Below, in pieces: positions 50,168 through 61,424 of a DNA stretch of 64,000 nucleotides. Source of the stretch: Vitrella brassicaformis CCMP3155 (lineage: Eukaryota; Protista; Chromerida); contig CDMY01000603.1 of the NCBI GenBank assembly GCA_001179505.1, positions 186,001 to 250,000 of the forward strand, written 5' to 3'. Under the pieces are notes generated by a model. It was not told where the DNA came from, ran no database searches, and saw only the letters and a program-made list of their open reading frames with translations. Each line of letters begins with the position of its first letter. Positions within the stretch are counted from its first letter, which is position 1. The position numbers and the translations under genes were made by a program.

Positions 50168-52576
50168 CTGTGAACGGGGCGACTGGGGCGGAGCTCGAGG
50201 TCAGGCTGCAGCAGGTCGCCGCCGCCTTCGCCCCCTTGCTGCACCACAAGAAGGACCTCCTCGACATCCACATCAAACAGGTAAATTGCACGCACCTCTC
50301 ACTCACACGCGCACCCTCACAGCGAAACAAACACACAAACAGAGAGACCGAGAGATGTGTGCACGCAAGTGTTACATACGTCATTATTGAGTTCTTTATG
50401 GCTGCAGTGCGTGTGCAAGTGTGTGCGGCAGCAGCAGAATGGAGGCGGCGACGACTCCCCCTGTGCTGGCAGCAGCTGCAGCAAGAGCCGCAAGAAGCCA
50501 AAAAAGCCCAAGAACGACAAGACCACCAAGGTCAAGATCCCGCCGCTCACGAAGACGACGCTCTTCAAGCCGACCCCGAACAAGACCGACGCTGCCCCCC
50601 TGCGCCACCACCGGACAACGTCGTGCGTCAAGTTAGTGGCCAGGCCGCCACACACAGCACAGCACAGACAGACAGACAGACAGACAGAGAGAGACGATTG
50701 CTTGATTGATGGTGTGGATGGATGGATGGATGTCATGTGTGTCCATCAATTAATGCGTGCAGGCGGATGCAAGCGTGACGGCAACGGACGTGGGCGACTC
50801 TGAGAAGGACGCCAGGACCCCCCAGTTGGGCACGCCCAAGGACCACCACACACCTTCGCCCCCTGTCGGTGAGCGAGAGAATGACTGAGTCGGCCGCCCA
50901 CCTACCCAGAGGGAGAGGGAGAGGGAGAGGGGGAGAGAGAGAGGGAAGGGCCATTCATTATGTCTCTCTTGTCATCCAACCGTTAATTCCCTCTCTGTGT
51001 GTGTGGGGGGTGCTGTTTGTGTGCCTTCAGGACCAGCACCCCCAGCACACCAGCAGCAGCCGCCGCCGCCCAGCCACCACACACACACTAGACGCGGTGA
51101 GTCGCGTCGCAGAGAGGAGAGAGAGAGAGAGGGCGGGCGGGCGGGCGGGCGGTGTGTGCGTTGAAGGCATCGCATCGCATCCATTTGTGGGCCTGCCTGG
51201 CTGCCTGGCTGCCTGGATGCTTGTGTGGTGGTTTGCATGTCTGTCTGTCTGTCTGTCTGTCTGTGCAGTCGTTGAGGTTGGACCACCCCGATCAAGATTG
51301 CCTGCGCCGGCCGGTGAGTGGAGTGAGCGGACGGGACGACTGTCTGTCCGACTGTCATGTTGTATGTATGTGTTTCTTCGTCCTTGTGTGTCTGTCCCAC
51401 GGCTGGGGTGGCGGGCAGCGGTCAAGCTGGACCATCGGCTCGAGTTCCACGGGTGGGCATGCACATCGGCAAGGGCGGCTGCCACGTCAAGAAAGTCCAA
51501 CACGACTTCGGGGTACGTGTGTACCTGGGTGGCGTCAGCGTCACGTCACGTCACACAACATACACATGCATGGCATGCCTTTCTGTGTGTGCGTGCGGCT
51601 GTGGTTGTCAGGTCAAGATCCACGTGATGCCGCCGCGCGACGGCAAGGCCAGGGTCCAGATGTTCGGCCCCTCCCAGGACAAACTCGAGGCTGCGCGGGC
51701 GGCATTCGAGTTTGTCAGGGAGGAGGTCATCATCAGCAAGGACGAGCTCATCTGGCTCAATCCCCCCCGCGACACCCCCAAGAAGCAGCAGCAGTACTAC
51801 CACGGCAGGGGGCGGCTGAGCGGGCGTGAGGTGGCCGAGGCCACGGGCGTGTCATCCATGACGTAAGTAACATACGATACATATGTACAATACACAAGGA
51901 ACACTTTGTCTTCTCTTCTCTCTGTGGATGGGTGGTGCGCAGATCGCTGCCTGCATTTTATATTCGATCGGCCGATGACGACTTCGAACCGCACTGCCTT
52001 GCTACATAGCCCTTTGCACATCGACGTGAGCTGCCGAAATACTCTATGCTGATCAAGTCGTGTGTACGTCTCTCGTGTCTGTGAATGCATGTCTACAGTA
52101 CCTGCAGGTGGATGGCTGTCCATCTTAATCATATTTGTGGACTTATCCGCGTGCGATGATGCAATGAGTCTGTGCCCTGCCCGCCAGGTACGCAAGTGAG
52201 GGAGAAAGGAAGACGGTATAGGGACTTCCTCGTGTCTCTTCTCTTCTCTGTGCGTTAACGCATATTTTGGCCGCTGCGGCGGCCACCGAGAGGTATGTTG
52301 GTTGGCCAAGCTGCAGGACGACTACATATGGGCCGACGGAGCTCCAAGAGAAGACCCCACGACCAATCAGGTCTGTCTGATGCGCACGTCGATTTGTACC
52401 ACACACAGCAAAGCACTTGTGTTGGTGTGGGGGTGCGGCTGCAGCTGTCCGATTTGCAGAAGCACTCCGACGATATCGACGCTGAGAAGAACACAAGAGT
52501 GCGCGTGTGCGGAAGTGTGTGGGTGTGTGTGCAGCTCCCTGAGTTGGTCAAGAGCTGGGAGGCATACGAGACATAG
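50168..52576 (+). CDS. KH-domain RNA-binding protein (5' end and last exons uncertain)
   Basis: VPRVGMHIGKGGCHVKKVQHDFGVRVYL (GxxG loop), then VQMFGPSQDKLEAARAAFEFVREEVII. Upstream exons are low-complexity and Lys/Pro-rich. Confidence 0.55.
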
Positions 52577-52980
52577 ACACACACACGAGGGACGGGCAAT
52601 GTGTGTGTGGGTGGGTGTGTAGACGAGACCATTGCCTTTGACGTGTATGTGTGTGTGTGCGCGGTGTTGCGTTCCATGGTCGGACCAGCAGTCATTTTCG
52701 TGTCATTTGTACGACGAAGCCACCCTGTGTTGTGTGTCCTCAGCTCATAGATATCATCCTCACAGCCACACAGACCAAACGTACCTCGATATAGACAGCC
52801 AGCCAGCCAGCAACACATGCGCTCATCCCAGAGAAAGAGACGGACCGACGCGCATCCATTTGCAGCACCCAGAGTCCGCGCACGCACGCACCCAGTCACA
52901 AATCACCTTTAAAAAACATCACACATCCAGCCCACCATCAAACCGATTGTGCCATTCAGACGGAGAGAGACAGACAGACG

Positions 52981-53015
<35 letters not shown>

Positions 53016-53145
53016 TCGAGAGCCTCCTGTGTGTGGGCGTGGGCGACGATTGTGTTGTTTTGTGTGAGGGAAAGGAAAGTGGTTGCAGTCACCTGACTAC
53101 TCTACCCGTCCGTCACCCACCCCCGGGCTGGCCGCTACTTGCGCT

Positions 53146-54204
53146 CTAAATAAAATATGACTTCTTCTTGCGTGGGCATCTGCCCTGCTTGTCGTCAAAA
53201 AAGCCCTTCTTGTCGGGGTGGCAGGGCTCACAGTAGCCGTAATTGCTACACATGCACTCCTGGGTGAAGCCTTGTCCCCAAGGGCCAGTGGCTTCATGGT
53301 ATTTGTTGCAAATCCCGCCGATCATCTCGGGAGTGGCCACCCACGCGCCAGTCGCAGGGTCCTTGCGCCCGCACGGCTTCATAGTGAAGGCTTTAGTGGA
53401 CCTGTTGCAGAAATCCGTCGTCGCGCCTGCATCCACACACACCACCCACACCACACACACACACACACATGGCGTTGGATGACTTCCAGGAAGCATAATT
53501 GCATACCGTGGTGCTGCTGCTGCTCTTCATGTCCGTATTCGCCGGTGAGGTGCATCTCGGCCCGCTGGATGGCGGCGAGTGCGGCCTCCTGCATGGTGAG
53601 TGCGGCCTCCCGCATGGTGAGGGAGCTCGTTATCATGCCCTTCAGATCTACCACCTCCTGCTCGATGAGCGTCAGCGCCGTAATTGAACGCACGAATGCA
53701 GGCGGCAAACCATGCAGGGCATTTGTGGGTGCTGTAGGTGGCACATGTACGTGCGGGCCTCATATATCTGCCCCTCACGCACGTAAGTACCTTCGCTGGC
53801 CTGGATCTCCTGAGTGCGGCCGAGAAACGACGCACCTGCACAAACAGAGGAAGCCAGAGAAACATGCCATCCATGGATCATTCCCGTTCGTGATAGATCT
53901 CGCCGCTCCATGGACCATTCACGTCAACGCCGCAGTCCTTCCCCTCCTCGCAGTCGGGGCCATAGCTCCCCTCGCCCACCCACATCTCTGTGGGCACACA
54001 TCAGTCATTCATCAGTCATGCGGCCATCCATATGCACAAAAGAGGACCGAACTCACGCAGTATGGGCAGATCAGTCATGGTGGATGGTTGGTTCGGCGCC
54101 TGTGTGTCCCCCCTCTGCTTACGTCGGTCAGAGTTGCGCTGGGCTGCCACAGCGGCCAGGCCGACCACCAGGATGACGAGGCTGAAACAACGCGTCATCA
54201 TCAT
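53146..54204 (-). CDS. Putative secreted protein with coiled-coil segment and Cys-rich C-terminal domain
   Basis: Signal peptide MTRCFSLVILVVGLAAVAA. Heptad-like ITALTLIEQEVVDLKGMITSSLTMREAAL. The last exon (53146-~53430) has 8 Cys. Middle exons are uncertain. Confidence 0.55.
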
Positions 54205-55443
54205 CGCGGCCCAGCAAATCGCAGACGATGTGCTCACTCGGCGACTAAGAGGCGCGAGAGATTTCGCCGGAACTCGGGCGGCGGGAAAACAGGGGCCGAC
54301 GCATGCATTTTGATCGGATCGCACCAATCACATTTGACGTCCCCAGATCGATTGCTGTGTGTCTGGGATAGAGCAGCAGGGATCCGCGTGTGACATGTGT
54401 GCGTCTGGCAGTGCGACGAAAAGGGCGCGCAGATTTGGCCAGCCCGGCGTCCTGGCCGTTCAGATTCACTTCGCCTGTCGTCCTGCCATATCTGTCTGCG
54501 CAACACGCGGGAGTGAGTACCTTCGCTACGGCTCCACACGGCAGCCTCCTGGCGGGATGCTGCATAGAACAAGAGAATGGACAGGAGTTTCATGGTGATC
54601 TACCCATCTGTGGGGTGTGTGTGTTGTCGCCCACCCTGAGCAAGCCCGTCAGCCAGCAACGCGAGGGACAGAAGCGACGAAACCATACGCAGCGCCATAA
54701 TGTATTCGCTCGCGAGGGTCCCCGACACCCTCCGCAAAACCGCTGTGCAATATCCTGGCCGGCCACACCACGCCAGGGGATGAGGGGTCTGTCGTCCTCC
54801 ACTGTTATTAAACACACTGTGGCAGCCGCACACGGTGTGGCCAGGGGGGAGGGGACGTGACCGGCAGATTCACGTCCCTGTCTCTGCCGTTCACGTCCCT
54901 GTCCCTTCTTTGCTTTTTTCTCTAGTGGCAGTGGCAGCGCTTAGGCGCCGCCATGCAGCAAGTCGCTCGCTGGTGAGTGTCAACTAAGTCATCACAGCGG
55001 AGACCACGCGCAAAAAACTCTCTGTTCTGTGCAGGAGCGGGCACGACGAGCCGCGTTTGGGCGGTGCACTCCAGTTTTCAGATGGAGGCGGCAGTCTGCA
55101 TGGTCAGACCGAATGACTGCATTATTTATGGCACTCACTCACTGATCCGTTCCGTGTCGCGTGTGTTCTTCTTCCACACCATGCAGCACATGGACTCACA
55201 CACAACACAAGTGTATGTCGTAGTGAGTGAGAAGGAGCCATGCAGACAGGACAGGGGCACACTTGGTGACCCACACGCCACGGCCACCAAGGCAGTGGGG
55301 TCAGACGAGAACCAGCGGCCCATATCGATACAGACACACACAGAATGAATGGCACACGAAAAACTGTGAGTGACTTCCTCTCTGCCAACTCTCTTCAAGA
55401 CACACACAGACAGACAAAGCTCTCGCTTAAACGATCAAGGAAC

Positions 55444-55743
55444 NNNNNNNNNNNNNNNNNNNNNNNNNNNNNNNNNNNNNNNNNNNNNNNNNNNNNNNNN
55501 NNNNNNNNNNNNNNNNNNNNNNNNNNNNNNNNNNNNNNNNNNNNNNNNNNNNNNNNNNNNNNNNNNNNNNNNNNNNNNNNNNNNNNNNNNNNNNNNNNNN
55601 NNNNNNNNNNNNNNNNNNNNNNNNNNNNNNNNNNNNNNNNNNNNNNNNNNNNNNNNNNNNNNNNNNNNNNNNNNNNNNNNNNNNNNNNNNNNNNNNNNNN
55701 NNNNNNNNNNNNNNNNNNNNNNNNNNNNNNNNNNNNNNNNNNN
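55444..55743. other. Assembly gap (300 N) followed by a poly-C tract
   Basis: N run. Confidence 0.99.
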
Positions 55744-55800
55744 CCCCCCCCCCCCCCCCCAACACACACACGAAATCTCTGCCGGCCAACACTCGTTAGT

Positions 55801-58800
55801 TCACTGTTTGGCGGCCTCGTCGCCACCGTCGTCTTCGGCCAGGTCATTGAGGCTGGGCTGCCCCTCAGTGTCGGGGAACTTGTTGATCCACCCCTTGAAC
55901 GACACCAGCAGCTCGCTGAGCTTCTTTCCTGACACGCGACGACCCTCACGCTCGGCGTCGCCCACCTGACACACACACACACACACACACACGATGTTTC
56001 AACGGTGGGTGTGGGGGACAGTGAGAGAAAGACGTTACCATGGTAGAGAACTGCTGGACGACGGACGCCCTGGGCACACGGACCTTCTCGTAGGCAGCCA
56101 CGGCGTCGGGCAGCCGATGCAGCCACGTGCCGTCACCACCTGCGGTGCACACAGACACACACACACACACACACACACATGACGCTTGATCGACGATTCA
56201 GTGCACGGCAGTAGGCAATACCGTGTTTCTCTCTCAGTTTGCCGATTTCGTCCACCAGCACGGCGACGTCCTCAAACACCTGGTTGGCCCCCTGCCCGGC
56301 CAATGGGTGCGGCGCGTGGGCCGAATCGCCCAGCAGCACCACACGACCCTGCACACACACACACACACAGAGGCATCCTTGCGCCACTCTGCCATTCTGC
56401 GTGTCTGAGCGGCTTGTTCACCCTGGGCGAGCTCCACTTGTCGATGGCGTCTCGCGAGAACATGTGCCGCTCGAAGATCTGCTCCTCAGGCGTGGCACTG
56501 ATGGCCGCCATGATGTCGCTGTGCTTGCTGCTGTAGTCCGCTCCACCAGTGCCGTCAAGCCGGCCCGTCTTGACGTAGTTGAGGAGCCGCTGCCGCACCC
56601 CCTGACGGCCAATGGCGCTGCGGCCGGGGCGGGAGGCATCGGGGGCGGGGAGGCGCAGCTGCGCACAACACACACATGCAGATAGATAGATGCCCCCACA
56701 CACACAGAGAGGGAGGGAGATACATCCATCCGTGTGACGAAGAGGGCAGAGGGGCGTGTGGGGCGTACGTACGAGCCAAAAGGTGAGACCCGAGCCGGCG
56801 TCGACAAGGAATGCCGAGAGGAAGGGTGTGTTGCTGTCGACCTTGACCACCTCATGGTCGCCATGCACCCTCTCACCAACGCTCTGATCACACACACACA
56901 CGCGCGCCCACGTAGATCTTTGTCTCTTTCGTAGCTCTCCTCTCTCTCTCTCTGTCCACCGCGTGGCTGACCTCAGTGGGGATCATGGCATTGTATGAGA
57001 TGTTCTTGTAGTAGTGCGGCGGGTCCTGCACAAGCACCGACGCCGCAAACGGGTTCAGGCCGCCACCTTTGCCCCCAGCCGCCGCCATCTCCTCAGGGGT
57101 GCTCGCAGCCGTCTGCTGCTGCTGCTGCTGGCTGCGCGATTGCGCCACGATGTGCGGGCGGAGAGCTGAGAAGGAGCCGTCAGCTGCGACCACTAGAGAC
57201 GCCCTGTAAGGTAGCCGCCGCACCACCACACACAAGACAAGACAAGACAAGACACACATGGAGTGTTTTGTGAGTGAATGGTGTGCTGGATGTTGAGGGT
57301 CGGATCATGGTGTGTGTGATGTCCTTACTTGACGTGGTAGTCGTCGGGCCGTCCTTCGAAGAGCATACACACGTCCTCTTCGGTCTCGGTCCATCCGCGG
57401 GCGCCATGGCCGCAGTGCACCACATCCGACGGCACGTGAGACGCGAAGGTGTTCTGAGCGGCTGTCCACCGCATCATGACACACGGGGCGCCGAACTTGT
57501 CGACGTACTGATCGCGCTTCAACGCAGTGCGCGTCTCCTGACCAACACAGCCACCACAGCCGGAAAGGGGCATGTGCGTGGGGGGCATGTGCGTGGGGGG
57601 TGGGGTTGTTTATGCTTACCGGCAATTCGTCTTTGCGTACGACCAGCTGTGAGGAGGGGCAGAAAACGCCGGTCTGCTCGAACTCGTCGGCGATGTCGCG
57701 GTAGGCCATGCGGATGGCCTTGATGCCGTTGGCGTCGGCCATGAAGATACCCTGGCAGGGTGTGGTACACACAACACACACACACACACACACGCACGCA
57801 CGCACACGCACACATAGCAGACAGACATCCACGCCGACGTGCAAGGATGGTAGGATGGTGTGATTTGTTCGTTTCGTGCCTGTGATGCATTTCTCAACGC
57901 AGGTGCGCGCTCAAACACATGGGCATCGATACCGCGCTTCCTATAATCGGCAAACACCACACCACACACACAATGCACTGCAGTGCAGCCACATCCACCC
58001 CTATTATGCTCAGTTTCTCACCTGAGTGCGGCGCACAGCAGGAGCCCCCCCAGTCCCCCGCCAGCGATGGCCACCTGCACCCTCTCGGGGATGCGCCGGC
58101 CGCTCTCCACATCGCGGCCGCTCTCACCCCACTGCCGGCTCACTGACCTGAGACGCAAATCATCAGGAATGGACGTCTCGCACGCCTAAAACATGAAAGA
58201 AGGAGAGAGAGAGAGGGGGGGAGGGAGGGAGGGATGGATGAGTGTGTCGGCCTGTGTGTGAAGGGAAGTGAATGTGGGCGTCTGTCGTCGGGTGACTGAC
58301 CTTGAGTATGGCGGGAAGCGACCACTCCACCGCCTGTGTGGGCTGGGCGATCTCTTTCTCGGCAGCCGAGCTGCCGCACGCGTGACTGAGGGCCTCGTCG
58401 AGCACAGCCCCCAATTGGCGGGGGACGGGCAGCCAGTCGCCCTCACCCACGGATGCGCTGTCGCCCTCCCGCTGCTGCTGCGACATGTAGACGGTCACTT
58501 CCCTGCAGACACACCACCACCTGGGTCTGTCTGAGTGTCTGTGCGGTGTCTGTGTGTGTCGGTGTGCTGACTGTGGCAGAGATGCGGTTGATGTCAAGAA
58601 GGCCTGCTCGGTGTGGGCGGGGTCGAGAGCGACGGCGCCGCCGCACGATGACAGAAATCCCTGAAGCATGAAGACGACGACAGACACACGTATTTATTGC
58701 GGGGTGCTGTGCTGTGCTGTGCTGTGTCTGTGTTGTGTGTGCGGCTCGCCGGACCTTCAGGAGCGCCTCGGCAACATATGGGCAGCGATGCAGACTGATC

Positions 58801-61224
58801 AGGCAGGGTGAGAGAACACACCCACCGCACATTTGGTGATAACAGCATGTGACTCACCCTCCCACTCACCCACCTCTCCGCGTCTGCCCCCTTCTGCGAA
58901 GGGATGACAGCGAATATATCCAGCCGCTGGATGACAGGCTCACCCGTCAGAGCATCAACCTCCACCTGACACACACCACACCACACACAGGATGATGATG
59001 ACACACAGCAAAATGCAAGCAATGTGCCCATCCATCCCATTCATCCGCAGACGGACCATCCATCCACGACTCACCTACCTCTGCGGCAGCAGCCACGTCA
59101 CGCCCTGCCATCTGTGCCGACTTGACAGCCACGCCCCTCTTGCGCCACCGGTTGTCACCGTTGTGCTTGTCAACCGCCGCACACCGGTCGCCCCATCCTA
59201 TAGAAGCCTTCAGCCGCTCAACCGCCGCACCCTCAGCGCACCCCGCTGCCATCGCCACAGAGCCGCCAAGCTTGGCACCGGTGAGTGAGATCTGCTGCCA
59301 TTGGTGGCCTTGTTGCTGTGCCATGATGGAGATCGACGGGAGGGGCGGTGTGGGGGTGAGTGAGAGGGATGGCAGGACGGCGGTGATGAATCGTGGGGAG
59401 GGGGCGGCGAGGTGTGTGTCGTCGTAGGAGCCGCGGGAGACCTCCCCGCCCAGCAGCACCAGGAACTTGAACAGCAGCGCCTGAGTGCCGCTGGGGACCT
59501 GACCGCTCATCTGACATCCATCCCAGTAGCAGGCCACACACACATCATTCAATCACATCCATCCATCCATCCACCACACCTGACCTGTGCGTTGGCGATC
59601 TTCAGCGCTTCCCATGCAGTCTCCTCGGTCAGCCCATACCCCTGCAGGAACTCCTCCACCCGCCCGAGCCGCCCCATCCCACCCTCCCAGCTCGCACACA
59701 CCCGCACTTCACGCAGCTGCCGCGTCACCGCATCCAATGCTGCCCAGCAACACACGCTGCCCACCGGCCGCCCCGTCCGCACCGGCGATGCCGTTCTGTA
59801 GGCACGATAGAGCGACTGTGCGGCGTCGATCGGCTCTGGCAGCGGCAGGGTGACCGACACGAGCAGGTAGTCGCTCCATTTGATGGTCTTGTTGTTGGGG
59901 TAGCCGATTCGGTCGAGGAAGGCCTCGATGGGCAGGGATGTCGGCTGTGGCTGTGGGTGTTGCTGCTCGCCGGATGACGACAGGTCGGCTGTGGTGTAGA
60001 ACTGCACGGATGCCTGCCATGTGACGAGAGCGGGAAGCAGGTCGGCGGCCGCGCCGCCCCTGCTGGACCCGCTCAGCTCACGCAGCACAGCACCGCCCAC
60101 CGTAAGCACGTTCCTCAGACCTCTCGGGGCAACCACACGCAGATGGTCCGCCAGTGCGTCGAAGTGCGATGCCTTCATGTCGGCCCGGTCGTGCCGCTCG
60201 ATCGTGTCCATCACCTGCTGCAGCACCACCGACGCGCCGAAGGTGACGTGAGTCGTCTGCGAGTCGATGCCGCGCATGGCCGGCAGGTCGCCCACGGCAA
60301 TGCGCGCCTGGCTTTCGGTGAGTGAGGTGTGGTCGAACGTGCTGCTGCCGTAGAGCAGCTCGAATGAAGGGGCCGGGGTGGCGGATAGAGTGGCCTGCAG
60401 CTGCTGCATCGATGTGGGCAGGTGGACGAACGCCGGCAGGTGCTGCAGCGATGAGGATGGCGGGATGGGCGTGGGCGTGGGGCGGAGTAGTGTTTCGATG
60501 AGCGAGAGGGGCGCCTTGGTCTTGTCGGCGATGTCCTTGGCCAGAAAGGAGGTGTCGAGGGTCGCGAGAAACGACAGCGCCTTGCACAGATCCGTCGCAT
60601 CTGAGCGATAGATACGTCAACGAACGCATGCATCACGTTATGCCATGCATCCCTCCCACTACCTCCCACTCCACTACCTGACTCACCATCTCTGTCGCAC
60701 GGCACACTCGCCACCCAGTCGCGCATCGCCTCGCTGTCCATCAGCCCCTCAGCAGACGAAGCGCCACCGCTCACCAGCACCCCCGCCGCACCCACAGCAA
60801 CGGCCGCACCGACACCGCCCCATTTCTCGGCCATGGTCTGCAGCTCCGCGGGCAGGTGCTGCAGCGTGGTGATGGTGGCGCCCTGCACGGCCACTGCGGA
60901 CACCAGTCGTGTGTAAGTGGGTGTGGGAGGGGTGGTCCATCCGCCGTGAAGTCGGTCGGGGAACGACACAAGCGCCGCGAAACACTCAAACTCTGCAGCG
61001 GCAGCAGCAGCGGCAGCAGCAGAGGGACAGACAGACAGACATGCATCATCGGCACGTTGCATGCGTTTGTGTGAGTGGCAGTTATTCCACCCACCTGTGC
61101 GGCCTGTGTGTTGCAGGACATCCAGGAGCGACGCGTTGGGGTCGATGCCGGCAGAGGGGATGCGCGCCGTCTGCCCGTCCAGCTGGTACACCAGCGGACT
61201 CATCTCGCCAGTGCCGTCAGCCAT
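55801..61224 (-). CDS. Fusion: degenerate, internally deleted xanthine dehydrogenase/aldehyde oxidase-like region plus class A FAD-dependent monooxygenase
   Basis: XDH-like traces: LVYQLDG...IDPNASLLDVL, GLRNVLTVGG...DLLPALV, ALLFKFLVLL, AVDKHNGDNRWRKRGVAV, AAEVEVDALTGE...RLDI, SASVGEG. Monooxygenase: VAIAGGGLGG, VFERAP, VVAADGSFS, VLLGDSAHAPHPLAGQGANQ. Joined by the phase-0 intron 58300-58186. Confidence 0.8.
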
Positions 61225-61424
61225 CTCTTAACCACACACAGATGGATGGATAGAATGAAGGGCAGATCTCATCAAGACGGCAGCAGCCTCGCGACGCGGG
61301 AGAGGGAAGGCGCTTCTCTCTGCCTCTGCAAGCTCAGCTCGCAATTTGTCGAGCTTTTCCCTGATGCTGAGTATAAGAAAAAGTAAGCCCATGAACAAGG
61401 TAAGGTAGGCACATTGAAGCAGGA

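Noticed and set aside
49353-50501. Long overlapping ORFs rich in CVCV/HTHT
   Set aside because: Translations of intronic (TG)n/(CA)n microsatellites, which lack stop codons.
54400-55443. Gene between the secreted protein and the gap
   Set aside because: Only short ORFs without coding-like composition or recognisable motifs.
57568-57600. 16-bp direct repeat GGGCATGTGCGTGGGG x2
   Set aside because: A local intronic duplication with no further structure.
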